Position numbers and translations under genes: made by a program. 64,000 bases of DNA from assembly GCA_043228905.1 (NCBI GenBank), contig JBHGNT010000013.1, positions 9,610,001 to 9,674,000 on the forward strand. Direction: 5' to 3'. Positions 36,076-48,307 of the stretch are shown here, one piece after another. Every line of letters starts with the position of its first letter. Position 1 is the stretch's first letter. Below the pieces are notes generated by a model. That model saw nothing but the letters and a program-made list of their open reading frames with translations. It searched no databases and was not told the origin of the DNA. This DNA comes from Azolla caroliniana. Taxonomy: Eukaryota; Plantae; Polypodiophyta.

Positions 36076-38892
36076 CTATAGGCGGCTGCTCCGTTTGTTT
36101 CTCTGACTCCGGCATCTCCGTTTGACTGCTTCCGGTCCGGTCTCCTTCCAGTAACGGTTCCTCATCACTGAGGTTGATCGTAACCGGATCCGGGACCTCT
36201 CGTAGCTTTCAAACTGGATCTGCGCCTCCAGCCTGTCGTCGTCCAGCTGAGCTACAAGTTGCCGGACTTGCCCTAGTTGGTCCTCTGCCAAGGCTTGAAA
36301 GTCTTCGGCCAGCTCATCTCTTATGCCGGTGAAGTCTTCGGAAGTCAGCATATAGCAATCATCTCCCTCCTTCCGCCGGTTCTCTACGTCGGCCCGGAGC
36401 AATTGGAGTTCCGCCGCGTTCGTGGCCCACTTGGTCCACCATTTGACGGAGCCGTTGTCAATCAAGCTCTTGGTCTGGTTCAACCAGGCCCGCATGATAT
36501 CCTGGATGCGACTTGCTCCCATTTGCGCTCTACTTTCCACAACTTGTCGTTCCTCCTTCAACTGCTTGATGAGATTAGCCGTATCCTCCGCCTGCTCTCT
36601 GTAGCGCGTCAGCTGCCCTTGATATGTTGTTTGCAGCCTCTACAGTACCTCCGCCGCTCTTTCTTTTTCCGCCTGCTGTTGCCTGAGGAGCTCTGTCCGA
36701 ACCTTCTCCGCCTCTTCCAACCGTCTTCTGGTTTCCGCTTGTTCATTAGCGTATGCCGTTGCGGTCCGATCAACTGCTTGCCGGAGCTCATCCGTCCGTT
36801 CCTTGTGCTCCGTTTGCAACCGTTTATACTCCCGGTGCAAGTGCTCAAATTCCTCTGTTTTTTGTTTGAGCTTGCCGTTGATCTGGCGATGGTTCCGGTC
36901 CTCCCGGTCCTTTAGCTGCCGGAGTTCCTCTTTCAGGCGCTCTACTTCTGTTTCGGCGTTTCTCCGGAGCCTGTCCTTCTCTTGCAGCATTTTCTCCTTC
37001 TCCTCCTTGAGCCGATTGTACGCTTGGTGGCCTTTTCGTAAGCTTTCCTCGGCCCGGCGTAGATTCTCAGCAGTCTTTTTAAGTTCTGCCTCCGCTGCCG
37101 TCTTCAACTCTCTTTCGCGGCTCCTCAGCGCTTCTTGGGCAGCTAGCTCATCCTTTAAGTCCGCAAGCTCTTGGGCTTGTGCCGCATTTCTCTCCGGAAC
37201 GGTTTCCGTTGCCGGGGTCTGATTGCTATGTACAGGTTGATCTGACGCTTTATTCTGTACATTGCCCGGAGTCACCGGTGCTTGGACTTGTGTTGTCAAA
37301 GCCAATTGAGCCATTTCCCTTGTGACCCTGTCCAAGTCTTGTTCAAGGCTCCGGATTCTGGACCGGGCCGTCTCTAGATCTACGGTTGTGACGAGCAACC
37401 GTTCGTGGTGCGCTCTCTCCTCCGCCTCTATGTACTCGACCGCTCCGGCGATCTGCTCGCCTACCCACCGTAGCCACATGCTACTGGTGCCTTGCTGCTG
37501 TACTGGTCGGGTCGGCTCGTTCACTGTGGAATTGTCTGGCCTGAGTGCCTGTATCTGCCGTTCTGGTTCTACTCCTTGGCCGCTGTGTGTGCTGGCTGGG
37601 CTCGCCGGCTGTTGAGTTCCGGTTCTCGCCGTCTCCGGAGCCGTTGGAATGACTTCTTGTATAGAAGTCGACAAGGCCGGTTCTACACGCACCGGTTCCG
37701 GTTCCTCCCTTGCGGTTTGCTCAAGTTGAGTTGGGGGCGTTTCTTCCTTTTGCGGGTCCGAACACTCCCCCGCTGTCCCGGCGGTCCTACTTCTTGACCG
37801 TCGTTGGAGGTGCTCTACTGGCTCCTCCGTTTCCTCTTCCTGGGTAACGGCATGTATCTGTGCCGTCAAGGGTTCCGGTTCCTTCTGTCCCGGTCGCCGT
37901 ATGGTTATCTTAACGGGTAGGACCGGTGACACCTCCTCCGGTTCTGGGAGCCGTTTCTTCCCTTTCGTCGCCTTCGACGCCAGCAGCTGCCGTCGTTTGG
38001 ACGCGGGCTTCGAGGTGCTTCCTTCCGATAATCTTGGCCGCTTCTTTGGCTGAACGGTCTCGACCGGCGGCACGAGCAATGTTATCCACTGAGCTACGGC
38101 ATGCCACAGCTTCCGGCCCTCCTTGCCGTCCTTTCCTCGTACCATGTCGATTGCCGCGCACAAACCATCTGCAATCAACACCGGCCAATCCACCTTGATC
38201 CCTTCATAGGTGGCTATGATCATCCCTGCCCGATTTTTTGGCATGACAGGGGGTCGGGGGTACACGTGGCCGTACTCATGGAGCACTCGAGCTATCTCCC
38301 TGAATAGCGGATCTTCGCCGCCCTGCGTTCGATAGCCTTTGCCGGCTAGAGAGTAGTCACCGAAATATCGGATGAGTTGCTCCGAGGTTGGGTTATCGAT
38401 CTGAAAAATACCTCCCTCCGGAAGGCCTGTTAGCGCACGGATCTCTTCCTCGGTGATGACTTCTGTGTCGAGCTCCTTGATGACCCGGTTGGCTTCTTTG
38501 TGCGGTGGTGCCTCCATGATGGTCAAGAACCCATCCAATCCGTGTTGCCTAAGCCATTTCCTGGCCGCTTCCGACAGCGTTTGTGGTTCCATGTCTGCTT
38601 CGAGGTCGAGGAAAGATGGCGAGGTAGAGTGGTGATGAGAGTGCGAGCGAGAGAGAGAGCGTTCCGAACGTGGGGGTTCTCTGAGTGTAGGTTCGCGTTT
38701 GCTAAGCTTCCACTGCCTTGGTGCTTCTATGCTTCTTGGCTCGCGAAAAAAAAAGGTCTCCATGCGTTCTTCTTTTTCTCTGTGCGTCTTGGCGCCTTTT
38801 TCGAGCATGCGCACGTCGTGTACCAATTTAGTATTAAGTAATGTGGCGGCTCTTAAATGCCCACTACGTACCTTTTCGCTCCTTGCTTTCAC
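36076..38892 (-). CDS. Extra ORF in the env position: plant-retroelement-type N-terminal domain plus long coiled coil, broken by one TAG at 36640
   Basis: 750-aa ORF continues in frame into the 161-aa ORF. The second copy near 63736 has CAG at the stop position. Confidence 0.7.
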
Positions 38893-38943
38893 GTCCGTTC
38901 ATACCTCGATTTTTAATGATTTCTTTTTCTTTTCTTTTTTTTT

Positions 38944-38975
<32 letters not shown>

Positions 38976-39031
38976 TTCTTTTTTTTTTTCTTTTTTTTTT
39001 TCTTTTCTCTTGTTAATGACGGTATGTGATC

Positions 39032-42000
39032 TTACACATCCGTAGGTCCCTTCGGACCCTTACCGTTTTCCTTACGGGTTGCCGTGTCTTCCTTCGCCTC
39101 TGCTACGGGTTCCCCGTCGTCTTTTTCTTCTATCCGTACCGCTCCCGGACAGGTTCCCGGTATAGTGCCGGTGGGCTGCATAAACGGGTTACTTGGCATC
39201 GGTCCTTTATAGGGCTTTAGTCTAAATCCGTTGACCCACTTGCCTAGCACTTCACCGGCAAGTGTCCCTAACTGATAGGACCCGTTGTATTCCCGTGTCA
39301 GCCAATACGGACCTGTCCATCTAAACCGGAGTTTACCCGGCATCTTGCCCATCCTCGTTTGGAATACTAGCACCGGCTTTCCGATTTTGAACATCTTCTC
39401 ATTACCTTTCCGGTGACGGTCAACGAACGCTTTCCGTCGTCGTTGTTCCAGTTCCATGTGTAGGATGCTGGCCAGCCGTTGCTCCTCCAGTTCGCATAGT
39501 GCTGCTAGCCGCATTTCCTCCGACTCCTTTTCATTCAGCCGTTCCCGTAGTTGGATCCGTAAGCTTGGTACCTGAAATTCCACCGGCATGACCGCCTCTA
39601 AGCCGAACGCTAACCGGAACGGCGTTGTCCGGATACTTGTTTTGTATGCCGTTCGGTACGCCCATAGCGCGCTATGGAGCTTTGTATCCCAGTCCGTCCG
39701 GTTTTCATTGACGATTTTGCGGAGAATGTTCTGGAGCGTTTTGTTGGTTGACTCTGCTAACCCGTTTGCTTGTGGGTAGTACGGTGTGCTCCGTTTATGG
39801 ACCACGGCATAGAACGTTGTTAAGCTTTCAACTACCTGGCCGAGGAAGTGCCCTCCTTGGTCGCTGATTAATTCAATCGGACATCCATATCGGCACCAAA
39901 TGTTCTCGTACAGGAATTTTGCTATGGATGACGCGGTGTTGTCTCTCAAGGCCTTAGCCTCCACCCATTTAGTGCAATAATCTGTTGCCACGATGACATA
40001 ACGATTACCCGTTCTCATTGCCGGTGGCTTGAACGGTCCGACAAAATCCAACCCCCACTTCTGGAATGGCTCTAGTGGAAGTACCGGTTGGTGTGGCATC
40101 CGTGCTTGCTCCGTAGGCTGGCCCATTCGTTGGCATAGGTCACATTCCTTAGCGTACTTGACGACGTCTTTTAACGTCGTGGGCCACCATAAGCCGCTCT
40201 GCCATACTTTCCTTGCCGTCGCTTCCCCCGCATAGTGTCCTCCGGCAACCCCACAGTGTGCTTCCCGTAAGATTACTTGTTTCTCGTCACTACGGACTGC
40301 CCGTCTCCATATTCCATCTGCTCCCTTGTGGTAGAGAGTGTCCCGTAACAGACAGAAATTGCGGCTCTGCACCGCCAGTCGTTTCCTCTCGTCCCGGTTC
40401 ATTTCCTCCGGTGGCAGGCCCGTGCTTAGGAACTGGTGCATGTTTGTCAGCCACCTATCTTCTGATGCCACCGTGTCGTCCGCTGCCGTTTCCGGGGTGA
40501 TACGGAATAACTCTGCGTCCGGGAATTCATCCGATACTCCGTCGCCTGATTCTCCGGACTCTAACCGGCTCAGGTAGTCTGCTACGGCATGCTGGATACC
40601 GGGCCGGTGGAAGATCTCGAATTCGAACTCCTGCAACAGCAAGGTCCAACGGGCCAACTTACCGGTCAGGGACGCCTTGGACACTAAGTACAGGAGCGCC
40701 GAGTGATCCACATGAAAGGAGAACTTCCTTCCCAATAGGTAATGACGAAACTTTGTTACACTGTAGATCATGCCCAGGGCCTCCCGTTCCGTAGTCGAAT
40801 AGTTCTTCTCCGCTTGGGACAACTTCCGGCTGGCGTAATATACCGGCCGGTACCATTTAGGCTCCGTAAGTTGCATTAAGGCGCTGCCGATAGCGATGTC
40901 GGAAGCGTCCACGAACACATGAAATTCCTTGCTCCAATCCGGAGGCTGCACGACGGGTGCTTGCGACAAAAGTACCTTCAGGGCATTGTATGCCTTATCC
41001 TCCGTATCTGTCCATTGGAACGGTGTCCGATGTACCGCGGTGTGTAATGGTGTAGCCAAGTCAGCCAAGTGACGGAGCATCCGGCTGTGCCACCGGATCT
41101 GTCCTAAGAATCGGCTTAGTGCTTTGGCCGTTTTCGGCGCCGGTGCCCCTAGTATCGCGTTTACTTTGTCCGGGTCGACCGCAATGCCCTCCTTACTTAC
41201 AATGTGTCCCAGTAAGATTCCACTTGAAACCCCAAAGGTGCATTTTGCTGGGTTTAAGCTTAGCCGGTATAACCTACACTTTTCAAGGCATAACCGTAGG
41301 TGCTGCAAATGGTCTTTTTCCCGGCTATAGACTGCAAAGTCATCCAGGAAAACCTGCATGAAGGCTAGAATGTATTCGCCGAAGATCTCCATGATGATTC
41401 GCTGGAGAGTTGCTGGTGCCGTTTTTAGTCCGAACATCATTACTACGGCCACAAACACCCCCCATTCGGTGACGAACGCTGTCTTCTCCTGGTCGTCAGG
41501 GTGCATCCGGATTTGATTGTATCCGCTGAACCCGTCTAAAAAGCTATAAACTTCATGGCCGGCGACGGCATCCAGTACTCCATCCGTGAACGGAAGAGGG
41601 AATGCATCCGTAATTGTGGCTGCATTTAGTTTCCTGTAATCTACACACACGCGGATTTTACCGTTCTTCTTTGGGACGACGACGATGGGGCTCAGCCACG
41701 TCGCTTTCTTTACCGGCCGGATGAAGCCCACTCTTAGGAGTTTGTCGATTTCCTCCACTTTGGCGGCGTAGTTGGGGTTCATTCGGTAATGTCTTTGCGC
41801 CACTGGTTTCGCGTCCTTGCCTAAGTGGATCTGATGCTGATATAATTGAGGGTCCAGCCCTCGCATGTCTTCGTATGACCAGGCGAATACGTCGCGAAAC
41901 TCCGTGAGAAGTTTGATCATTGCTGCTTTATCTTCCGGCTTCATTTCTTTGGCGATGTGTACTGGCTTTGATTCGTCCTTGCTTCCTAGGTTCACTTCGT

Positions 42001-44851
42001 CGAGCTGGGATGTTTTTACCCGTTGGGAAACGGCCATTTCCCGTTCCAACGCTTCCTGTGCTTGCCGTAATTCCCGAATCGAATCTTTGTCTGGTTCGGC
42101 TTCGGTTTCGTCCCGCTGCGGCAAGTATGGCGCTACGGCTTCAGCCACGTCAATCTTGAAAAGTGGTACGATCTTCGGGTGTTCCTCCAAGTACTGGGCT
42201 TCTTCGTCATCTGCCAACCCTTCAAGCATGTTCACGCATTCCGCATACAGCGGTGTGCATTCCTTACCGTTGCTCGTCCGTGGTTGTGTCGGTACCCGGA
42301 CCTTGGCTTTTCCGCGCCGGAAGGTAATCATATTTTTCCGCCAATTTTGCTTGATGTGTGCTGTTTTCAACCATGGTCTGCCCAGCAACAGTGGGTACGC
42401 GCCTTGCGCCTGTAGCTGCAGCACTACAGCCGAGATGTGAAATGTGTGACCTCCTATGGTGACTTCCAATTTCCGTATTAAGCCCGTCGGTCGTACAGAG
42501 CTCGTATCCGCCATCCGTAGCCAGAACGGACATGGCTCCCATTCATGTATACCCAAGGCATCACACGTGCGGAGGCTTATTACGTTCACCCCGGAACCTC
42601 CATCGATTACTGTGCCGGGAAGTTCGTGCCCTTTGACAATAGCTGTAATCACCGGACTACTAGTGTCCACCACCGTCGGTCCCTCCTCCGGATTCGAGAA
42701 GAGGACTGGTGCCGGTGGGGCTATACCGTCTGTCATGACCGTTTTTAGTCCTTCCGTAAATCGCGGCACGAGCTGCAAGAGTCTTCCTAATGGCAACGTG
42801 ATCTGACATTCTTGCAGTACTTGCCATGTCTCGTTTTCTGCGTGGCTACCGCCGGCACTCCCTATGGTATTCGCCGTTTGCCGTTCCGCGTCCGCGACAT
42901 TCCTTTCATTGGCTTCCTTCACCCATTCCGTTGCCTGTTTTCGTATGGCCTCTTGTGTTTCCCACTCTTTGGCCATGCCTTTCGACCGTGTGGTTACTTG
43001 CTGTAAATCCGCCACTTCCGGAACCACCATATTAACTGCTGGTCGTTTATCGTAGCTCTTTGCCGGGCACTGGTTACTGTAGTGGCCTTCTTGCCTGCAG
43101 TAGTAGCAGTACTCTTTACGGGTATTGCTGGATTCAGCATTGCTGGTAGCCGGAGTCGGTCCCGTAGTGAGTGGTGCGTTCTGTGCCGGTTGGCTCCTTG
43201 GGGTTCCATGTTCCGGGTCCCTAGTGTGACCACCTTTCTTGAAATTACGTTTCTTATTATTCTTATTTTTATTTCGGTAGTCCTGTCGTGGTGGATCGTA
43301 AAATCGGCCGTAGTCCTCCTGGTGCCTTCGGTAACCAGGGGAATGGTCTCTGTCGTATTGCTCGTGTCGTTTGTTGGACTCCCGATAACGGTCCGATCGC
43401 TCATACCGGTCGTAGTTATCATGCCGATCCCCGTACCGGCCATCATTCTCTTGTCTGTCTCCGTACCGGACATCCTGTGCCGGTCGGTACCGGTTCATTC
43501 TTTGCCAACGATCTTCATCTTCGTCTCGGCTGCTTCTTGGCTCGATCCGTCGAACGGGTGGTGCTTGTCGGTTTAGCAGGTTATACTCGCACCGGTCCGT
43601 TGTATGACTCTTGGATTGACAAATCACACACTGGGTTCGCATGGTGCACTCCACTGCCGAGTGTCCGGCATTCAAGCAGATTGTGCATTGAATTGCCTGC
43701 CGGAACCGGAGATCTTCATCTGTGGGTAACGCCCGTTGCAGTGCTCCCAGTGTAAGCCATGAGCTTGACTTTTCCATTTCTCTGACCCGGTCAATGACCT
43801 AGTCAATGGTGCTTCCTCGAAAGTCGATCACCGTACACACCGTGCGTAACGGTTCCCGGAGTGCGTTTAAAAATATCGTCCGTAATTCCTCCTCCGGGGG
43901 TGCACGGGCAAGCTGGCTATGTATTCGTTGGAAACGGATGACGAATTGGGGAATGCTTTCCCCTGCCTCCTGTCGGATCGTATAAAACAGGCCCACCATC
44001 GTCGTCTGGTCGACCTCCTTGTGGAAAAAATGCAAGAATTTTGCTTTTAATTCTGCAAAGGTTGTGATGGTTGCCGGGTCCTGCGTCCGCCGCCATCGTG
44101 CCGCTGGTCCTTCCAACGTGACCCCGAATTCCGCTATCTTCGAGCGTTCTTCTTCCTCCGGTGTCAATCGCTGGGACGCGTGATTTGCTTCCCATGTCTG
44201 CTCGAAGGCATGAACATGCGCTTCCGCGTCCGGATCATCGCGATACTTTGAGTATTGGAACGGCATGTCGTCGTCCAATATTAGGCCGCGGTTTAGTGGC
44301 GTTTGTTGATATCTTTCCGGTTTTCTCTCCGGTTCCACGTCCGGTTCTTTTGCCGGTTCCTTCACCGGCTCTTTCGTTGGTGTCGGTGGCTTTGCTTCTT
44401 CCACTTCCGGTGTTGGTGGGTTGACGGCTTCCGTTTGCGGTTCCGGATAGCCCTGGTCGAACGGTTCCGGTTCTGGAGTCGGCACGGTATCCGACCCGTC
44501 GTCCTCCGGGCCGCCGGGGGTATCGTTGCTGCTCTGGTAGTTCGTGTGCACACTGTATCCCCCTTCGGAATCCGATTCGTAGGCTGAAAAGGCTTCTGCC
44601 TCGTTTTCTCCGCTTGCCAGCGCCTCGAGGAGGCGTTCGGTTTCCCGGAGACTACTTAGACCGCTTCCGTCGTCCTGGTCGCGAGTTTGCTGTAACCGAA
44701 GAGATTCCTCCGCGACTCTCCGGATCTCGTTGGAGAACGAACGATCCGAGCGAATTTCATGCGCTGCTTGCTGGAAAGTCTCACGCTGTCTTTGCCGTTC
44801 GGCGAGGCGTCGAGCTCGGTCTGTAACCAGGTCGTGCGTTGGTCTAGTCAT
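39032..44851 (-). CDS. gag-pol polyprotein (gag, zinc knuckles, protease, RT, RNase H, integrase) with one premature TAG at 43799
   Basis: CYYCRQEGH, VIDGGSGVN, LDGFSGYNQI, FLDDF, VDASD, HCG/CDLC, WGLDFVGP, SDQGGHF, WTGPY. Confidence 0.92.
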
Positions 44852-45699
44852 CCATTAAGCCGTCGTTCGCTGCGAGAAAGCAAGAATCGTGGTCGCCAAA
44901 ATTGTGTTATTCTCTGACCGGACAAGGCCTAACACAAGGTGTCACGGAGACACTTCACCAAAGGGTGATTACGGCATAAGATTATGACTCAACGATTACA
45001 CCGACTTAAGTAGGTTACACGATTAGAGCGCTTTTGTTAATTACACGCGTAAGATATAACAATAATTACAGAACGGAAATCAACACAGAAGTATAAACAC
45101 CATACGCTCTATTAATTATCCGCTACGATTACAATGGGGTCCGGGCCTTTAAATAGGTTTCCGGCCCGTAGTACAAAACGGTGCCTATCACACCTATTCG
45201 GGATCCGTCCGGATCTGGAACGGCATACCGTTTCCAGTCCGTCCGTCCACACTATGCTTATTTACAACCATACTTAATTAATTCCTTCACTCCGTATTTT
45301 GGACTCCTTGCCGGCCGGTAACAATACATAGATCGTACACATCTATTTGGCGCCGCTGACGGGGATACGACTTGAGTGGTCAAACACTTGTAGGCAACCC
45401 ACTTAATGAGGGAAGAAATCTAAAGGAAACCACTATTTTTGTTTTGTTTATGCTCGCTATTTCACATTTTAATTAAGTTAATTTTCTGTTTTTTGTTTTA
45501 ATTTATCCTTCCTTAATCATCCGGACATTAGCAAGCTATTCGTCCGGTTAACGCTAAGCATTGTTGAGATTTAGCTGTTGTAGGGCAAGTATAATCACCG
45601 CGATTCTCGCTGATTACGATCATCCTACGGGACAAGAAACGGCCGTTGGCGCCAAAAAATTCAAATTTCCCACGCAAAGTTCGTCGAAAGATCAGAGTT

Positions 45700-45905
45700 C
45701 GATAAGGGAAGCATCCTTCGACGAAAGATCAAAGTTCGAGAAACCCATATCTTTCGACGAAAGATCAAAGTTCGACAAGCCCATATCCTTCGACGAACCC
45801 ACGTCCTTCGACGAAAGATCAAAGTTCTACGAACCCACATCTTTCGACGAAAGATCAAAGTTCGTCGAACTCACATCCTTCGACGAAGATCAAAGTTCGA
45901 CGAAT
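45700..45905. repeat. Tandem repeats built on cttcgacgaa(agatcaaagttc/cccacatc) in a gypsy leader
   Basis: Repeated FDERSKF/FDEPTS translation in ORF 45561-46055. Confidence 0.8.
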
Positions 45906-46937
45906 CCCCAAAATTTTGACAAGAAAACATGGCCGGATCCTCATGGACAGAGATGTTCAAAACCCGACCCACACACCAGGAGGAGTCCACCCAAACCAAC
46001 CAAACAGACGATGTTGACCCACCTAACCCGACTCGGTACCACAGAGGGTGGCTAACTCCGGGGACACTACCAAACATGAACCTCCCATCAAGCCTAGGAA
46101 CTAAAGCACCTCTCAACACGCCCCCACTACAAGAGAGCCCAATGGCAGGTCCACTCAGCGTAGAGCGACACATACGAGACGCCGCGCAGGAGTTACAGGT
46201 GATAGAACAAGAAATCAATCTATGTAAGGTACAACTCGTGAAAGGAGGACAACCGAAAAGAATCACTTGAGATATCGAAGCCGCTTTGGCGGAAAGGAAA
46301 GATAGATTCACACAAGTGCAACAAAAACTTCACCTCCTAGAAACATCATCGCACATGCACCGTCGAGACCATTAGCGCAACCATGTACTGCATTCGAGCA
46401 CAATGGGCGACAGTCCAAATGAAGCCCACACGCAACGACACCTGATACCACCACACATGGACACGACCCCTAGACCCGACCACACTGCCCTGACACCCCC
46501 AAACGCCGAACTCGCACTAGCGCTACAATCCATCCAAACCCTCATAGCATTGGTGGGAAAAGAGCGAGCACCCACGGACCATCCGAGAAACCTTAGAAAT
46601 GACAGGGGGAAGAGTGCTTCCATTTCTAAACTAGTACCTCGTTTTCTTGATTTCGGTGATGCCTATGATCACGTCGAGAGGTTCAAATAGATTTGTCGCG
46701 CTTATGAACCCCTCACAGAGATCACCAAGGTAGCCGCAGTTGGGCTTACACTCGATGACCAAGCCGGAATTTGGTTTCGAACCTTGAATGAAGACATTGT
46801 CGCGGATTTCGAGTATGCCATCGAAGATTTCTTGATAAACTTCGCTCGTTGAGGGAATAAATGGAACCTAATTGACCAACTTTTCGCCCTCAAGCAAGAA
46901 GAGAACGAGACGGTGTCGCGAAAATACGATGAGGATA

Positions 46938-48159
46938 TGTGAACTTGAGGCAAGACCCCGGGGCCTCCGACCGGAAGATATCAGATTCGTATGATTATAT
47001 TAAACAATTAATACAAAATGAGAAAGATTCACAAATTTCATTAATAAAGGGAAAGAAAGATTACAATCAATCCCAAGATCGGGATTACAAAAGTTTTAGC
47101 TTATGGAGATTACTAGAATAATAGATTAGAAGAAACTAAGATACGGATTCGATAGGAAAATTATATGGCTACCGTAGGGAAATTATGGTTTATGAGTTCT
47201 ATGGCTTCCATATGGAAAATTAGGGGTTTTGGCTTCCGTAGGGAAAATTAGGGTTTTTGAATTCCGTAAGGAAATTAGGGTTTATGAGAGATATGGCTTC
47301 CCTAAGATAAGGGAGCTGAGAAGGAAAAGAAAATTAATGGAGAGAGAGTATGAGTATAGGAAAAAATATGGAATATATATGGAGTTCCCCCTTGATCATT
47401 TGCATGTCCACTTTTTGTTGCATGACCTCTTCTTTTAGTTGCTTAGCTTTTTCTTTTAATTACATCTATTTTTAGTTGCATGGCTTTTTCTTTTAGTTGC
47501 ATGCAACCGTCCACATGACCTTTACTTTAGTTTTCTTCACTTCACTTTAATTAGCAACATGATCCTTTTATCAGTTCGGTTTGGGTTCAGCCTCGTTCGG
47601 TCGCCGGTTCCATTTGATCGCCGATTACCGCCGCCTCCACTGCCGGTTCCGGTTTGCTTACCGGCCGGTTTCCGATTTTACTTACCGGCCTGGTTCTAGT
47701 TTTGCTTACCGGCCCGTTTCCGATTTTGCTTACCGGCCAGTTTCCGGTTTTGCTTACTAACCCAATTCCCAGTTCCGATTTTCCTTACCGGCGGGTTCCG
47801 GTTAGCTTTCTTGCCGCTTCCGGGTTTGCTTACCGACCCGATTCCCAGTTCCAATTTTCCTTACCAACGGGTTCCGGTTAGCTTTCTTGCCAGTTCCGGT
47901 TTGGTTTTTTTTTTTGTAACTTGGCCACATTCATCTATCTAGACAAAGTGGCCAAAGTGCTCTTAGCACAAATGAAAAATGAGGGATCTCAATGTGCTTA
48001 TATAGCCAGGGCCTTAAATTTCCTATCTATGTAGGATAAATCATAGTTCTATTTTCCCTATCTTCTCAAACATCCATCTTCCTATAACATGCCATTAAGC
48101 TAATATCAAGTATTTTTTTTATTTTTTTATTTTTTTTACATAGTGTGAGAAGATTCACA
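46938..48159. mobile_element. Solo-LTR-like insertion (~1.2 kb) with ccggtt-rich repeats
   Basis: Inverted termini TGTGAA...TTCACA. It interrupts the gag remnant. No TSD is visible. Confidence 0.5.
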
Positions 48160-48307
48160 CGACAACGACGTCCTTTGGCGCCTCAATGGAGACCTGTCAA
48201 CTGGTTATGGAGAAAAGATACAAACACTCATCCCTCATACAACCACAGTCTCTAACCAACCCGAAGGAACTCCGGTCGATATATGTGAAGCTCACTTCGA
48301 GAGCGAC

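Larger units (their letters stand above)
35474..45323 (-). mobile_element. Young full-length Ty3/gypsy element (non-chromovirus type) with an extra 3' ORF
   Basis: 419-bp LTRs at 35474-35892 and 44905-45323 with one difference seen by eye. ATACA TSD (35469-35473 / 45324-45328). Minus-strand PBS tggcgaccac near 44889-44898. Confidence 0.95.

Noticed and set aside
43778-43801. Programmed stop-codon readthrough between gag and pol
   Set aside because: The homologous copy near 61900 has CAG (Q) at this position, so the TAG is most simply a point mutation.
47220-47285. Telomere-like ttagggttt motifs
   Set aside because: Only a few dispersed copies inside an LTR-like sequence, not a tandem array.
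48163-48307. Apparent extra LTR pair with 54294-54435
   Set aside because: It is a short internal duplication of the gypsy remnant into which the copia inserted (GCGAC TSD), without TG...CA ends, PBS or PPT.
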